A stretch of 62,227 nt of DNA, counting the filler, from Collodictyon triciliatum (lineage: Eukaryota): the NCBI GenBank assembly GCA_043381765.1. It is 21 parts of 21 records of this genome, joined end to end, with 100 filler letters (N's around TTAATTAATTAA, not from the genome) between each part and the next. Parts side by side here need not be neighbours in the genome. Positions count along the whole stretch, not along the records: positions 14,860 to 17,729 come from JBHJMP010008158.1; positions 17,830 to 20,698 come from JBHJMP010008159.1; positions 20,799 to 23,666 come from JBHJMP010008160.1; positions 23,767 to 26,630 come from JBHJMP010008161.1; positions 26,731 to 29,645 come from JBHJMP010008162.1; 16 more parts are not named here. The stretch is one strand, 5' to 3'. Below the pieces are notes generated by a model. It saw only the letters and a program-made list of their open reading frames with translations. It did no database searches and was not told the origin of the DNA. Each line of letters starts with the position of its first letter. Position 1 is the stretch's first letter. The translations under genes and the position numbers were made by a program. Below are positions 15,040-26,965 of this stretch, one piece after another.

Positions 15040-17460
15040 TACATGACATTTTCTTGCTTTGAATCGGAACTCTCTGGCACATTCGGCTGTATCCACGATG
15101 TGTTGAGAATCACCTTGGAATTCATGGGATGTTGCGATTATGCCTGAAATTCTCAAATATTGGTATATTTGAGAGCTGTTGGGGCAGTAAGTCTGGTACA
15201 TTGTCTATATACAATCGGCATTTACCTGCGGTATTTTCAGCCTCAGTTGTTTTAGAAGGTTGTCGCTTCGAGCACGACGAAAAACTATTGGGCATGATGT
15301 CGCATATTTAGTTCATTCATAAATAAATGTGCGACAATAGATTCAGAGAAAAGAAAGGAGAAGAAGGAGTACCAATCAAAATGAAGCGATGAAATGGAAT
15401 GAAAGTGATGCCGACTCACTAATTAGAGCAGTAACTAAACATGCCAAAACTACAATTGACCCAATAGCATATCCACCGTAGTTTCTCGATTCTTTCATTT
15501 TCTTTTCAGAAAATGGAGGAATCCCAGCTACAGAAAAATGTTTAATACTCTTGTATTAATAAATATGAAAATAAATATCATGGATTACCCAACAAGAGGA
15601 CTATATGGGCAAAAGAAAATCCTATTTCCATGTATCCCGCGTACTTGTATACGTAGATATAATTCAACATGATTCCCTGTAGTTCATGAAATTGGGTCCA
15701 TTGAACAATATACTGCTTTGTCTGATATGAAAGATATAGGCTGCAACTAAATCCGAACAAAGGAAAAATTGACAGTAACAATGACAGAGGAGGATAAGGA
15801 TGCTGATATTATTTTATGCATACGTGAACGATAATCCAGCTCACAGACAGGAAAATCAGCGCCATGGACTGAAAAATTTGGTCATTTGTAACCCAGACAG
15901 CAACTTTTTTTTTTTTTTTGCGAGCAAAACAATACAATTATTAGTATAGGTAGACATTCTCTAAAAGCTATTTGGTTTTAAAAACTTTATTACCGCCTGC
16001 CGTTATTATTTTCCGGGCTATATTCAACCATTCTAGAATACAGAAACATGTTAAAGGTATATCTTTGCATTTGTTATGTTTGTTACAACGCTTTATTATA
16101 CCACTTTGAATCGAGTAAAGGAAAAATAATGATTTATTGTACTGATTATGAGGTGTGTGCATCATACAAAGCGGGAATATACCAAATATAAGGCGAGAGG
16201 CTTGTTGATATGGATTGACAAATATGCCCAACTGGACAATAAAGGATTCAAACTCAGGGTGTGTCCGAAATTTCCGATATATGTAAACAATCTAGATTCT
16301 TGGTAATTAGACTGTATCGATGCAAAATATGTGCTTTATTGATATGAGATCGAAGAAATAAGCGACACTATGGGAAAATTTTGCACATCAATAATTGAAT
16401 AATAAAATCATATTAACAGAATCCGGAGATATTACAAGAATAGGGACGATGATTCCATATAAGAATGCCCCAATCACAGCGATCAAAAGGGCAATTTTGT
16501 CATAGAAAGAGGGTGTCCAATTTTTTGTGTGTGATATGTCGAACGAAATGAAACTCAGTGCAATATACTCTATTGTATTTCACATCCAATAAGCTCATAG
16601 GGTATGAGTACCACCTTATCAAATACACTTTATTTTTATAAAGCAATATATGCTCAATCTTACGAAAACTCAGGAAAGCAACCATCGAGCCAGTAGATCG
16701 ATGCATCAGATATCTGAATTAAAGGAATATAGAAGTAAGCTTTGATGAATTGTACATTCCCATCGGAGAGTTAATAGTTTGTGTGAAATAAGTCAAATGA
16801 TACTCTTTTGATTTCTCTAAAAAAAAATAAAAATTAGTGTATTCTATCGCATGAAATAAATTTGTCTTCATATTTGTTTTGTTTTTTTCAAAAAGAAAAG
16901 AAAAGAAAAAAAGGGACTGCGGTATCAGCATTTATGAATTTAATCACAGAATATGGTAAATCTCAATTTTCAGGAGGAAAGAAAAACCTCCATCGTGTTC
17001 TCATTAGCTTGTGCTTCGTTATACATTCATAAAGATACACACATAACACAAGTATAGACATCCATCCAGCAATCGCCACAGGTAACAGAAGTTGGCAAAG
17101 CATTAAATTCTAGGAATAGGAAAAATGAAAACAAAGAAATTAAATTGGTGATAAATCATATATACATAAAAAAAATCGAAGTCGATATCATAAAAAAAAA
17201 TCGATAGTTTCATTCGATGCACTGCTGTGGAATATGTATTAAAGGTGCAGCCATCAAAATTAACAACATATTCTGGAGCTTTGACAGATAATAGAAAGAA
17301 AAATAAGGGGGGGGGGGGATTCCCTCATGGATTTAGTAAACCTCCGGCGATATGTCGCATGAGACTGCAGATAGTAGATCAAAGTTCAAGAAAGATGACG
17401 AAACCAAAAAAAGGCCCTTTCTGAGTGTTGTGTTGAGCCCGACTCCAAAATAACTAAATA
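15040..17460 (-). CDS. Multi-exon multi-pass membrane protein, family not identified
   Basis: Several hydrophobic exons: GLFLVSSSFLNFDLLSAVSCDISPE, LLLPVAIAGWMSILVLCVYLYEC, FIVQLGIFVNPYQQASRLIFGIFPL, MLLSIFPLFGFSCSLYL, YAIGSIVVLACLVTALI. Boundaries approximate. Confidence 0.55.
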
Positions 17461-17829
17461 TTCCCATAACTAATGCAATATAATGGTATTTATCCATCTA
17501 CTATAGAGATTAAGTAGTATTTTAGGTTATTGTTTTTTTTTGTGGTAAGCAGAACACAGAAAAGGATCCCTTCACTATTATTTCTCATGAGGTTTGCAAG
17601 GGAACACATTTTAATAAGAGATGGAAAAAGACGGTGAATGCGAAGCAGAAACCAGAAGCAAACCAGAAGCAAACCAAAAAAAAAAAAAAAAACAAAAAAA
17701 AGGTCAAAAAAAAAAAGGAAAAAAAAAAANNNNNNNNNNNNNNNNNNNNNNNNNNNNNNNNNNNNNNNNNNNNTTAATTAATTAANNNNNNNNNNNNNNN
17801 NNNNNNNNNNNNNNNNNNNNNNNNNNNNN

Positions 17830-18394
17830 TTTTCGAAAGATGAGATGGAGACAGTATGTTAATACAAAAAGAAGTGAAGAGTTGTTTATGGACAGCATCA
17901 AAAAGACATTTTGGCAAGGATGTTGTACTGGCGTATGGAGACTGGAGCAGAAAATGTCCGATGAAGCATTTTATGGCAACAATCAGAAGAGTATTACGAG
18001 AAAAAAAAATACTATCCAAACGTTTTGGTACCAGTTATTGTAAATGGATTAAAACCCTCCAAGATTTGTTGCAACTGCGAAAAAGAACTGGAATACATGC
18101 AATTGAAAGAAAATACAAAAAAAAATATGTATAGATGTCTCACATGTAAAGAATGTAATCACTTGGAAAGCAAACAAACTGCATTCTTGGCAAGGGACTA
18201 TAACAGCGATAAAAATATACTCAACAAAGTTCTTTTTATCCTTCAAAAAATGGACACACCTAGCCCTAAAAAAATGGCTGTTGGGTCTATCCTGGCAGCG
18301 TTCACCACTACGCGAACTTTGTGAAAAAAGTGGCGAGGCATTGGATGCTAGTGCACCAGGTTTACCAATCTTCCGATTGGTATAACCCTTCTAG
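17830..18394 (+). mobile_element. Fanzor1 (eukaryotic TnpB) element 3' end, frameshifted copy A, including conserved 3' non-coding end
   Basis: Across frameshifts: FRKMRWRQYVNTKRSEELF, GKDVVLAYGDWS, PSKICCNC (Zn finger; the RuvC-II Glu position reads VNGL), YRCLTCKEC, RDYNSDKNIL (RuvC-III). Closely similar to 39997-40560 (minus). Confidence 0.9.
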
Positions 18395-18854
18395 TATATT
18401 GTATAAACGACCAGACATCCACTTTGGCATACATGCGAATGAAAAGAACCAGCTTTCCACAACCACACCATCGACCATCACCTCTTTCTCCTTCCCCTCG
18501 ATTAATCTATATACATTCTTATTCTTTTATTCATCTCTCACTCAACCTGTGTGATCAAAAAAAAAAAAAAAGGAGGGGGAGGGGGGTTCATTCTTTATTA
18601 TTATTATTTAGATTCTTACTCATCCATGGGAACATTTGTTAACCATTTTGTTTTCCCCCACACGACGGCGACGAGATACGGAGAAAGGGAGGAAGAGCAA
18701 CAGACACACACACAATTTCACGCACAGGCAGACGCACAGCGGGGTCCACGCAGTGTCTGTGCCGAGTCTCTGGTGCAGGAGCAGAGCCGGGATGGTGGCT
18801 CTGGAAGGCGCGGAGGAAGCCGTATGGGACAGGAGAGCAAGAGGAGGGACGGGG

Positions 18855-19943
18855 TCAGTCGGCAGGGAGGGGGACGTCGAGGGGGACGAGCCTGACGTGG
18901 CGGAAGGGGCGGATGAGGGACTGCGCGCTGTGTTTGCGGTGTTGGGGGGGCGGGGCAGAGGCAGAGGCAGGCGCAGAGGCAGTGTGCTCGAGCGGGGGCG
19001 GGATGTGTGCGGCGAGGACGGTCTTTGGCGGGGACCAGCCGGGGGGCGGGGCGGGGAGGGGCGCGGCCTTTGCGCGGGTCCAGCCGGCGGGGGTCTGGTG
19101 GGGGTTTGGGGCGGGGGCCAGCGGGCTCGGGGCGGCGAGGCTGCGGATGTCCGGGGACGGCGGGACGGCGGCGAGGGCTGCGGCGGCGGTGGCCATGGCG
19201 CGTGCACGCCCGGCGGCCTGCGTGGGGGGGTGCCACTGCTGGTGCGCCGCCCGCTCCTGCCCCTGCCCCTGCCCCTGCCCCTGCTCCCAATCCAGCTCCA
19301 GGGCGGCGTCTGCGGGCGGCGGGTCCGGGCCGATGGGCGGGTGGCGGGCGGTCTCGTGGCGCGCACGCACGTGCCAGCGGCGCAGGATCAGGGCGGCGGC
19401 GCCCAGGGCGCGGTAGCCGTGTGCGGCCAGGTCGCGCGGCGTGTGGAAGGGCAGGGGCGAGCTGACTGTGCTCTCTGCGTACCGCACGTACAGGCGCCCC
19501 TGCCGCGCCCCCACCACAACCGCATCCAGCCCCAGCGGCGTGTGGATCCACGTCCCGGCCGGGAACCCCAGCCCCTCGCACACCGCGCTGCGCGTCTCGA
19601 ACCCCGCAAAGACGCTGCGGTCCCCGCCCCACATCTCGCTCCCTTCGCCCCCGGCCACGCCCCCCGCTCCTGCCCCGCCCCCGCCCCCACCCTTCTTGCT
19701 GCGGCTCCGACCCCGGCTCCGGCTCTGGCTCTGGCTCTGGCTCTGGCCTCCGTTGTTGCTGTTCCCGTTGCTCTTGCGCCCTCGGGTCGGCGCTTGGCTG
19801 CCGCTTCGCCTGCCTGGTTGCGACATGGGCGTCTCGGCGGCGGCTTTTCGTTTGGTGGGTTGGTGCTGTTTGCTCTTGCGGTTTGATGCTTTTGCTAGTG
19901 ATCGGCCCGGGGCTCTTGTTGCTTTCTCGGCTTGCTTGTCCAC
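18855..19943 (-). CDS. GC-rich, apparently intronless hypothetical protein (362 aa) with basic low-complexity N-terminus and a small globular domain
   Basis: ATG-initiated ORF. The segment FETRSAVCEGLGFPAGTWIHTPLGLDAVVVGARQGRLYVRYAESTVSSPLPF looks globular, while overlapping frames are Arg/Pro/Gly-rich shadows. The C-terminal end is uncertain. Confidence 0.65.
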   Translation of the reverse strand: MDKQAEKATRAPGRSLAKASNRKSKQHQPTKRKAAAETPMSQPGRRSGSQAPTRGRKSNGNSNNGGQSQSQSQSRSRGRSRSKKGGGGGGAGAGGVAGGEGSEMWGGDRSVFAGFETRSAVCEGLGFPAGTWIHTPLGLDAVVVGARQGRLYVRYAESTVSSPLPFHTPRDLAAHGYRALGAAALILRRWHVRARHETARHPPIGPDPPPADAALELDWEQGQGQGQGQERAAHQQWHPPTQAAGRARAMATAAAALAAVPPSPDIRSLAAPSPLAPAPNPHQTPAGWTRAKAAPLPAPPPGWSPPKTVLAAHIPPPLEHTASAPASASAPPPQHRKHSAQSLIRPFRHVRLVPLDVPLPAD

Positions 19944-20945
19944 ATATGGTGTTTCCGTTGCTTTGTGGGGGTTAGCTTCCTTGGTTCTTTCCCTTTTTCA
20001 ATTGAATTAATTTATTTGTTTTCTTTTGAAGAGTGCAGGGTTAAAAAAATAATTGTTAAGAAAAAAAAAAGAGGGTGAAATACGTCGAGGATACCGCGTG
20101 GGACAAAAGGATCTACGTCAAGATAGCAACAAAAAGGGATCCAGGAATGTTGAAAGTCAAGCAAGTGACAAAGAAAGTTTTTGTGATTATTTTCTAAAAA
20201 AAAAAAAAAAAAAGGGAGAGGGAGAGAGAGCCTGCTAATCTGCTCTTGTTTCATTAAGATTCACTTAAACAAAAGTTTCGGCTGAATGGCTCCAGCTGCT
20301 GGCGTGTGCGAACTGGCCGATCCCTCGCTCTTGAAAATACCTATCCCACGCAACTGCGTAAATGTCACTAGAATATCTCTCTCTATCTCTCTATCATTTC
20401 CCTACTAAAGTTGTCTAAAATGAGGGGGAGGCATCTTTATAATTTACATACCAAGAGTATTCATGGGAAATCTGTTTCTGACTCAAAAATGAGCTTCTTT
20501 CGGATATGTGGGCTTTGATGTGCTGCGCTGCGATGCATGATTGTCAATAATATTAAACCTATGCGTAGTAATTATGTTAGGTGGTATTACCTTCCCTTTT
20601 TTTTCTTCTTTTTTGGTTTGGTTTGGTTTGGTTTGGTTTGGTTTGGTTTGGTTTGGTTTGGTTTGGTTTGGTTTGGTTTGGTTTGGTTTGGTTTGGTTNN
20701 NNNNNNNNNNNNNNNNNNNNNNNNNNNNNNNNNNNNNNNNNNTTAATTAATTAANNNNNNNNNNNNNNNNNNNNNNNNNNNNNNNNNNNNNNNNNNNNTA
20801 TTATTGTTGTTATTATTGTTGTTATTATTGTTGTTATTATTGTTGTTATTATTGTTGTTTTTGTTATTGTTATTGTTGTTATTGTTATTGTTGTTATTGT
20901 TTTTGCTATTGTTATTGTTGTTATTGTTTTTGTTATTGTTGTTTT

Positions 20946-21056
<111 letters not shown>

Positions 21057-21180
21057 TCTTTTTTATTATTACACTACGTGAATGCTTTATTTTTGATTCA
21101 TTAATATATCTTTGCATTTATTTATCTTCCTCCAAAGATTGTTCCTCCTTGATTAATCCATCGCTTTTTATTTACTGTAG

Positions 21181-23490
21181 GTGGTATTAGCAGCTATACA
21201 GCTTTTGTATTAAATTCGGTTAGTATAGGGTTGTCATCCGATTTTCGACCGCTTTGAACTTATTCACATAGTATTGATAAGAAAATTTCAATTATTCAAA
21301 CATATTTGTCTAATTATGGAAACATATTCACATTCCTCTCTCTAAGGGATACATTCAAATACACGACCACGACGGCAATTTACTTACAAATGAAGATTCT
21401 TTGCATCCCGAACCAGTGACTGCTCTAAGTTTCACTGGGAAAGATTCATATTCTGGTAACCTCATTATTATTTTTCACGCATCCAAAACGAGCTCATCAG
21501 AAAAAAAAAGTTATATTTTCCTTTTTCGAATTTTGATTTATTAGTTTTATTTATGCTTTTTCTATATAATTCACATAAATCGCATTTTTTAGGTGGTTAT
21601 ATGATAACAGGGGATGAAGCAGGATTTATATACTTCCGTAATATGAACAAATATCGTGAAGGTTCAAAAGATTATTTCTGCTATTTCTGAACACTATTTG
21701 TCAGCCTTTTCTCCGTCTAAAATACAAAATACACACAATACTATATACCTTTTTTTTAAAAAAAAAAAAAAAAACAGTAAAAAAAAATACTGGTCTCTCG
21801 GTTCGTTTTTTGTTGTCACTTACTTATTTTTGTTGCCTAGTTGTTATTCGAAATCCAACAAAACCGAGGAAACTCACTCTGTATCGATACAACCTTCCTA
21901 TCAATCACACCATTGAATATGCGCCTTTATCTCACATTCTTCAGCTATATTCATATGATAGATGGGGTTACAGATTAGTTATTTCGATACACAAGGACGG
22001 CACCCTTCGGTAAGCTTTTAGATGCTCTCAGTATATACCGAATCTAGGAGTCCAGATTATCTCTTATGTGTCAGAACCGATTGACTTTCTATTGATCGTA
22101 CAGGAAGTTCTTTTACAATGGTACACTATACTCCGAAGATGCGCTGTCCCCATCTAACCATACTGATATTGTCATAGGAAAAGTATTTATAAATTATCAT
22201 ACTATGTAATTAGTGATATGCCGATAGTTTTTTTTTTTTAAAAAAAAAAAGAATGATCACACACAATCAATTCATTATTTGTTTTATTTTAAAAAAAATC
22301 CAGTCTGCCGATAGCGTCATTTTGGTCAGGGGATTTGTATTTGACATATTCAATTTAAGATATGATACCAAAACTTCCATGGAGTGTCTTCTTGTAAGTC
22401 TTGCTCAAATATTCGATACGATGCATTACCTACATACATTATTTGTTTATTTTATTTTATCTTTAATATTTGCCACCTCCTATTATATTACTTTGAGAAG
22501 CAAATTACTAATAGCACCACCAAACTTATTTGTCTACCAGAAAAAAAAAACGATAGTAATAAATTGGCGCCTTCCGTCTCACCTACATTATATCTTCATA
22601 TTAGTCATCTAACATACACAGTGTGTCTCCAGACCTTGCAGACCAGTCCATTCTTTATATTGGATCAATTGAAGGAGCCTTGAATATTGTCAAATTACGT
22701 GAATCAGATCAGAAAATCACATGTCAAGGCATGCAATCTTTAGGCTATAACTCCTTCTCTTTCTTTCTTTTTGAAGTCAAATTTTAATCCAAACAAGCAG
22801 ACATTAAAGTTACAAAATTACTATCGCTTATAATTATATCAAGTGAAACAAACATGTGGAAAGTTTGATTGATATTCAATACTTTAATACAATATCCAGT
22901 TCTGCATACAATTCCCCCTGGGATTACAGCCGAGAAATCTGCCTGTGTGACACCTATGCACGTGGCAGCGGTGGCGGATTATGTTGTTACTGGCTGTTTG
23001 CTGGGCAATCTCACAATATATAATATACAAGATATTGAAACAAGACCGCCCATTCAACGCTCAAGCATATTCTATCCTATTAATGCTACACAAGTGAAAA
23101 TCTCTTCATTATTATTACTATTTTTATTTTTATTTTTATATTTCATCAATTTTTCAAATATAAGCATACACAATGTCACATTTTACTTCGTCCCCTATAT
23201 AGTTAAAACATTCATTCGAAATCAATTTAATTTTATTATGAATTCTATGCGATTGAATCATTTCACCTATTCCAATCCTTACTTCTAAATCATTTTGTCG
23301 TCTTTTTTTTTTTACACAATATCACCTGCTTCAAAAATAATTCCTAAAAGTAAGTACAATAAAGGATGCGACGATCAAAGGAGAGCTTCCTCTCTTTCTA
23401 TGTAATAGAAATAAGCAGCTTCTAATCGGCACTCAGTACAGCAATATCGTATACCTGTACAATCTTGACATTGATTTTCCCATAATGGAG
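21181..23490 (+). CDS. WD40/beta-propeller-like protein, multi-exon fragment
   Basis: Exons GYIQIHDHDGNLL...HPEPVTALSF, GGYMITGDEAGFIYF, LVISIHKDGTLR, VADYVVTGCLLGNLTIYNI show WD-repeat strand patterns. Confidence 0.6.
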
Positions 23491-23604
23491 TTTGGTCGGT
23501 ATAGAGCTGTTCTGTAAGATTCTGATTATTTATTTTTTATTTTTTTATTTTCAATCATTTATATTCATGCATTATTTATCAGATGAAAAATGGTATTTTT
23601 TTTG

Positions 23605-23666
<62 letters not shown>

Positions 23667-23972
23667 NNNNNNNNNNNNNNNNNNNNNNNNNNNNNNNNNN
23701 NNNNNNNNNNTTAATTAATTAANNNNNNNNNNNNNNNNNNNNNNNNNNNNNNNNNNNNNNNNNNNNAAAGATAAAAAAAGATAAAAAAAGATAAAAAAAG
23801 ATAAAAAAAGATAAAAAAAGATAAAAAAAGATAAAAAAAGATAAAAAAGATAAAAAAAAAGATAAAAAAGATAAAAAAGATAAAAAAAAGATAAAAAAGA
23901 TCTCAAAGCAAATTATCACCAAGTTTTTATAAACTAGAGATTTTACTTGGCTTTGGGGCTGCTAAGTAAGAA

Positions 23973-26450
23973 ATGGAGGACGAGGTCAGGTCTCTACTTG
24001 TCCAATTATTTTCAGAGCAAAGCGGCCTGCAGACAAAGCAGGATATTTGCAAGGATATTTTTGGTCTTCATTTTCCCTCGCAAGACACCGAGTCAAGAAT
24101 CTTACAATGGGTCATTACAGGAGACGCATACGCAACCAAGGTGAAAAACAGCCATTTTACCCCTTGATGTTTACTCATTAGAGTCCCTGGGCCTTTCATA
24201 ACCAAACTTATCCACATAAAATGCTGGATAGAATCCTTGATTTTATTCACAAGATATTTGCATATTTTCGCAGAATCGTATAATGTGGTTATTCCAAGCC
24301 CTCCGCTGGAATATCCCTGAAACGATGCACCCAGAAACTATTGACATTATTCTATCAATATTGCTTCGAAGATTACTGGGAGTGCCAGGTAACTTTCATG
24401 TCTTCTGATACAAATTAGCTCTAGTTCCATCTTCCCCCTTTATTCCATTCAAAAGCTGCAATTCCATTTACATTTTACTTGAGAAATCTGGGAAATAAAA
24501 AATTAAGAAAAATTAAGCCATCTTCTTTAAGGTGAAGAAAAAAAAAAAGAAGAAAAAGTAAAATCGACAAAATAAAAAAGAAACGACCCATCAAAGTCCA
24601 ATTAAAAGGACTCATCGAACTAAATAGATCCAAATCCCAATAAATTGATTATGTGTCTTCCGCTATTCCCAGATGCTCGAGACATACTTGTTCAATCGCT
24701 ATTATGGCTTTGTGATACACTCATTCAAAGTCCAGACATGTCAGAAATATTGAAAGCATGGATGATTCAACTATCTGAAAAATTGAGAGACATCCATGGT
24801 ACCTTGACTTAGTTCGATTTTTTTCTGCCTTTAAATGCCTTTATATGTCCACGAAATCTAAACTATTATATACCCAAACAGAGTGCCCGGAAATCGACCA
24901 GATTTCAAGAAAAGCGCACGTAGATCTCATGCAAAAGATATCACTTCATAGTTTCACTACTATATTTTTTCCCTTTAGTTACACTGCTATATATAAATTG
25001 AATAAATGCTCATACATGGTCAATTAAAATTACACTAGGCTTGGAACATCGATCGATTAGAGTTCGAATGTAAGATGAAACATGCTGTTATATATTTTCG
25101 CTATATGTCTTCAATTTTTTTAATTCCTCAGGCCATCCCCACTTTTTTTAACGTAATAATGTAAATATATGACATTTCAAAATAAGCTCGCTTGAATGGG
25201 TTCAGTACCTTTCATTTAATCGAAGAAAAGATGGATTTCTTGATTAGGAATGTGGATTCATTTGAGATAGTTTCAAAAGAGATTGTAAAGGTTTGATCGG
25301 CGATACTTTTTATATTTTCATTTACTGATGCTTTAAAGGAAGAAGATATTATACTTTTGAATGCAATTGATGCCTGAATATCAACTCTTTCTGAATCCCT
25401 CCTTACATGTATACTTTCCACCATGAAAGCTTACACAGAAACTCAGTTCATATGAATTCGACTTCTTAAATAACATGTATATGGTTTATTATTGCAATTT
25501 TCCATATATTACTATCATTCTGTTTATAAGCATGAATTATTTACTTCACCTATGGATTGTTTCAGTGATACTAGATGTTGCTTTCCTCTCATCTTGTAGG
25601 TTCTCCTTCTATTCTATGGATAATAGCGGAATTGTTTCTCTGATTCAGATTGAACTCTGTAAAGAATGTTGCTTCGTAACAAAAATTTGTTTAAATGTAA
25701 GATTTAATTCAGTTGTCTTTCTCGGCATGCTTCTTTTAAACTAGAAAATAATTCGATTCAACATCCAGAATGGACACCCACTCATCATCCAAGAATTTAT
25801 GACAGACACTGATATAGTCAGTATAGCCAGCCTTTTAAGTGGATCTGAAACACAAACAATGAAGTACATAAAACCCTCATATATATTTATTATTTCTTGT
25901 ATTCATCCTGTGTTTTTTTTAGAAGCACATTAGCACCCGAAATCAAAAGAATTAAAGGTTGGTCACCCTTTCTGTCAATATCTTCATATTCAAGGAAACC
26001 ACAATATCCCTGTGTTATAGCTAACATTATTTCACAAAATTTCAGACACCATCCAGAAAAAGTTTTCTAGAATTATTACAGGTGATTTCCGCTATAAATT
26101 GTATTATCTTAAGAATCTATGCGTTTTACTTTATTGAATTCTTTTCTGCAAAGATTCATTTTCTACTCGAACCACAAGAGTCGTTTATTCACGAGTATCT
26201 TGCGTACGTTATGTAAATGTATTTTTTCTCAATGTAGGAATGGGTGTTGCCGAAGCGGTTGTGGTTGCTGAGAAACTAACAGAATTGTGGATACCATGCC
26301 CCATCTTGTAATTGTTTAATGATAAAATATCAAAAAGGAGTACAAGATTACTCCCTTTTCTAACAGATGTCTCTTCCATGTGCAGGTATTTTGATAGAGT
26401 CGTCGTGTTGACCTTGTTATTTATCTCTTCTATGAATAATTTACTGGAAT
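23973..26450 (+). CDS. Alpha-helical repeat (ARM/HEAT-like) protein, multi-exon N-terminal fragment
   Basis: Exons MEDEVRSLLVQLFSEQ..., NRIMWLFQALRW...DIILSILLRRLLGVP, DARDILVQSLLWLCDTL...LSEKLRDIH, GLEHRSIRVR, with amphipathic Leu-rich helices. Confidence 0.55.
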
Positions 26451-26730
26451 CTCATGACGTGAGTTTGTATTATTTTTTAAAAACTCATTTTACCTCAAAA
26501 GCAACATGAAAGTAAATTATTTGTTTCAGGCAAAAATAAAATAAAATAAAATAAAATAAAATAAAATAAAATAAAATAAAATAAAATAAAATAAAATAAA
26601 ATAAAATAAAATAAAATAAAATAAAATAAANNNNNNNNNNNNNNNNNNNNNNNNNNNNNNNNNNNNNNNNNNNNTTAATTAATTAANNNNNNNNNNNNNN
26701 NNNNNNNNNNNNNNNNNNNNNNNNNNNNNN

Positions 26731-26965
26731 CGTTAGACGAGCGTTCGTTCTTGAGGCGGAAAAAGAATGGCGACGGGATGTCGTATGAGATTGGTCTGCG
26801 TGAGCCCCATTTTCCTTTGTTATTCAGGACGGCTGTGGTTAGCTGTGCATCTTGTGTGCGGAATGCGGTGGAGCCTGGCGTTGTGATGTACGAGCCGTCT
26901 TCTTTGAATGAGATTTCTCTGATGGTGGCCGCGTTGCCTTCGTGAATCTGTTTGATGATGCAAAA
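26731..26965 (-). mobile_element. 5'-truncated non-LTR (L1/Tx1-like) ORF2 fragment
   Basis: C/A-rich open frame running off the contig. KWGSRRPISYDIPSPFFFRLKNER resembles the W...(S/T)xYFFxLxK linker between endonuclease and RT in L1-clade ORF2. Starts abruptly next to AT-rich DNA. Confidence 0.45.

Noticed and set aside
18620-20010. Multiple overlapping genes on both strands
   Set aside because: Stop-codon depletion from very high GC explains them; only 18855-19943 (minus) looks protein-like.
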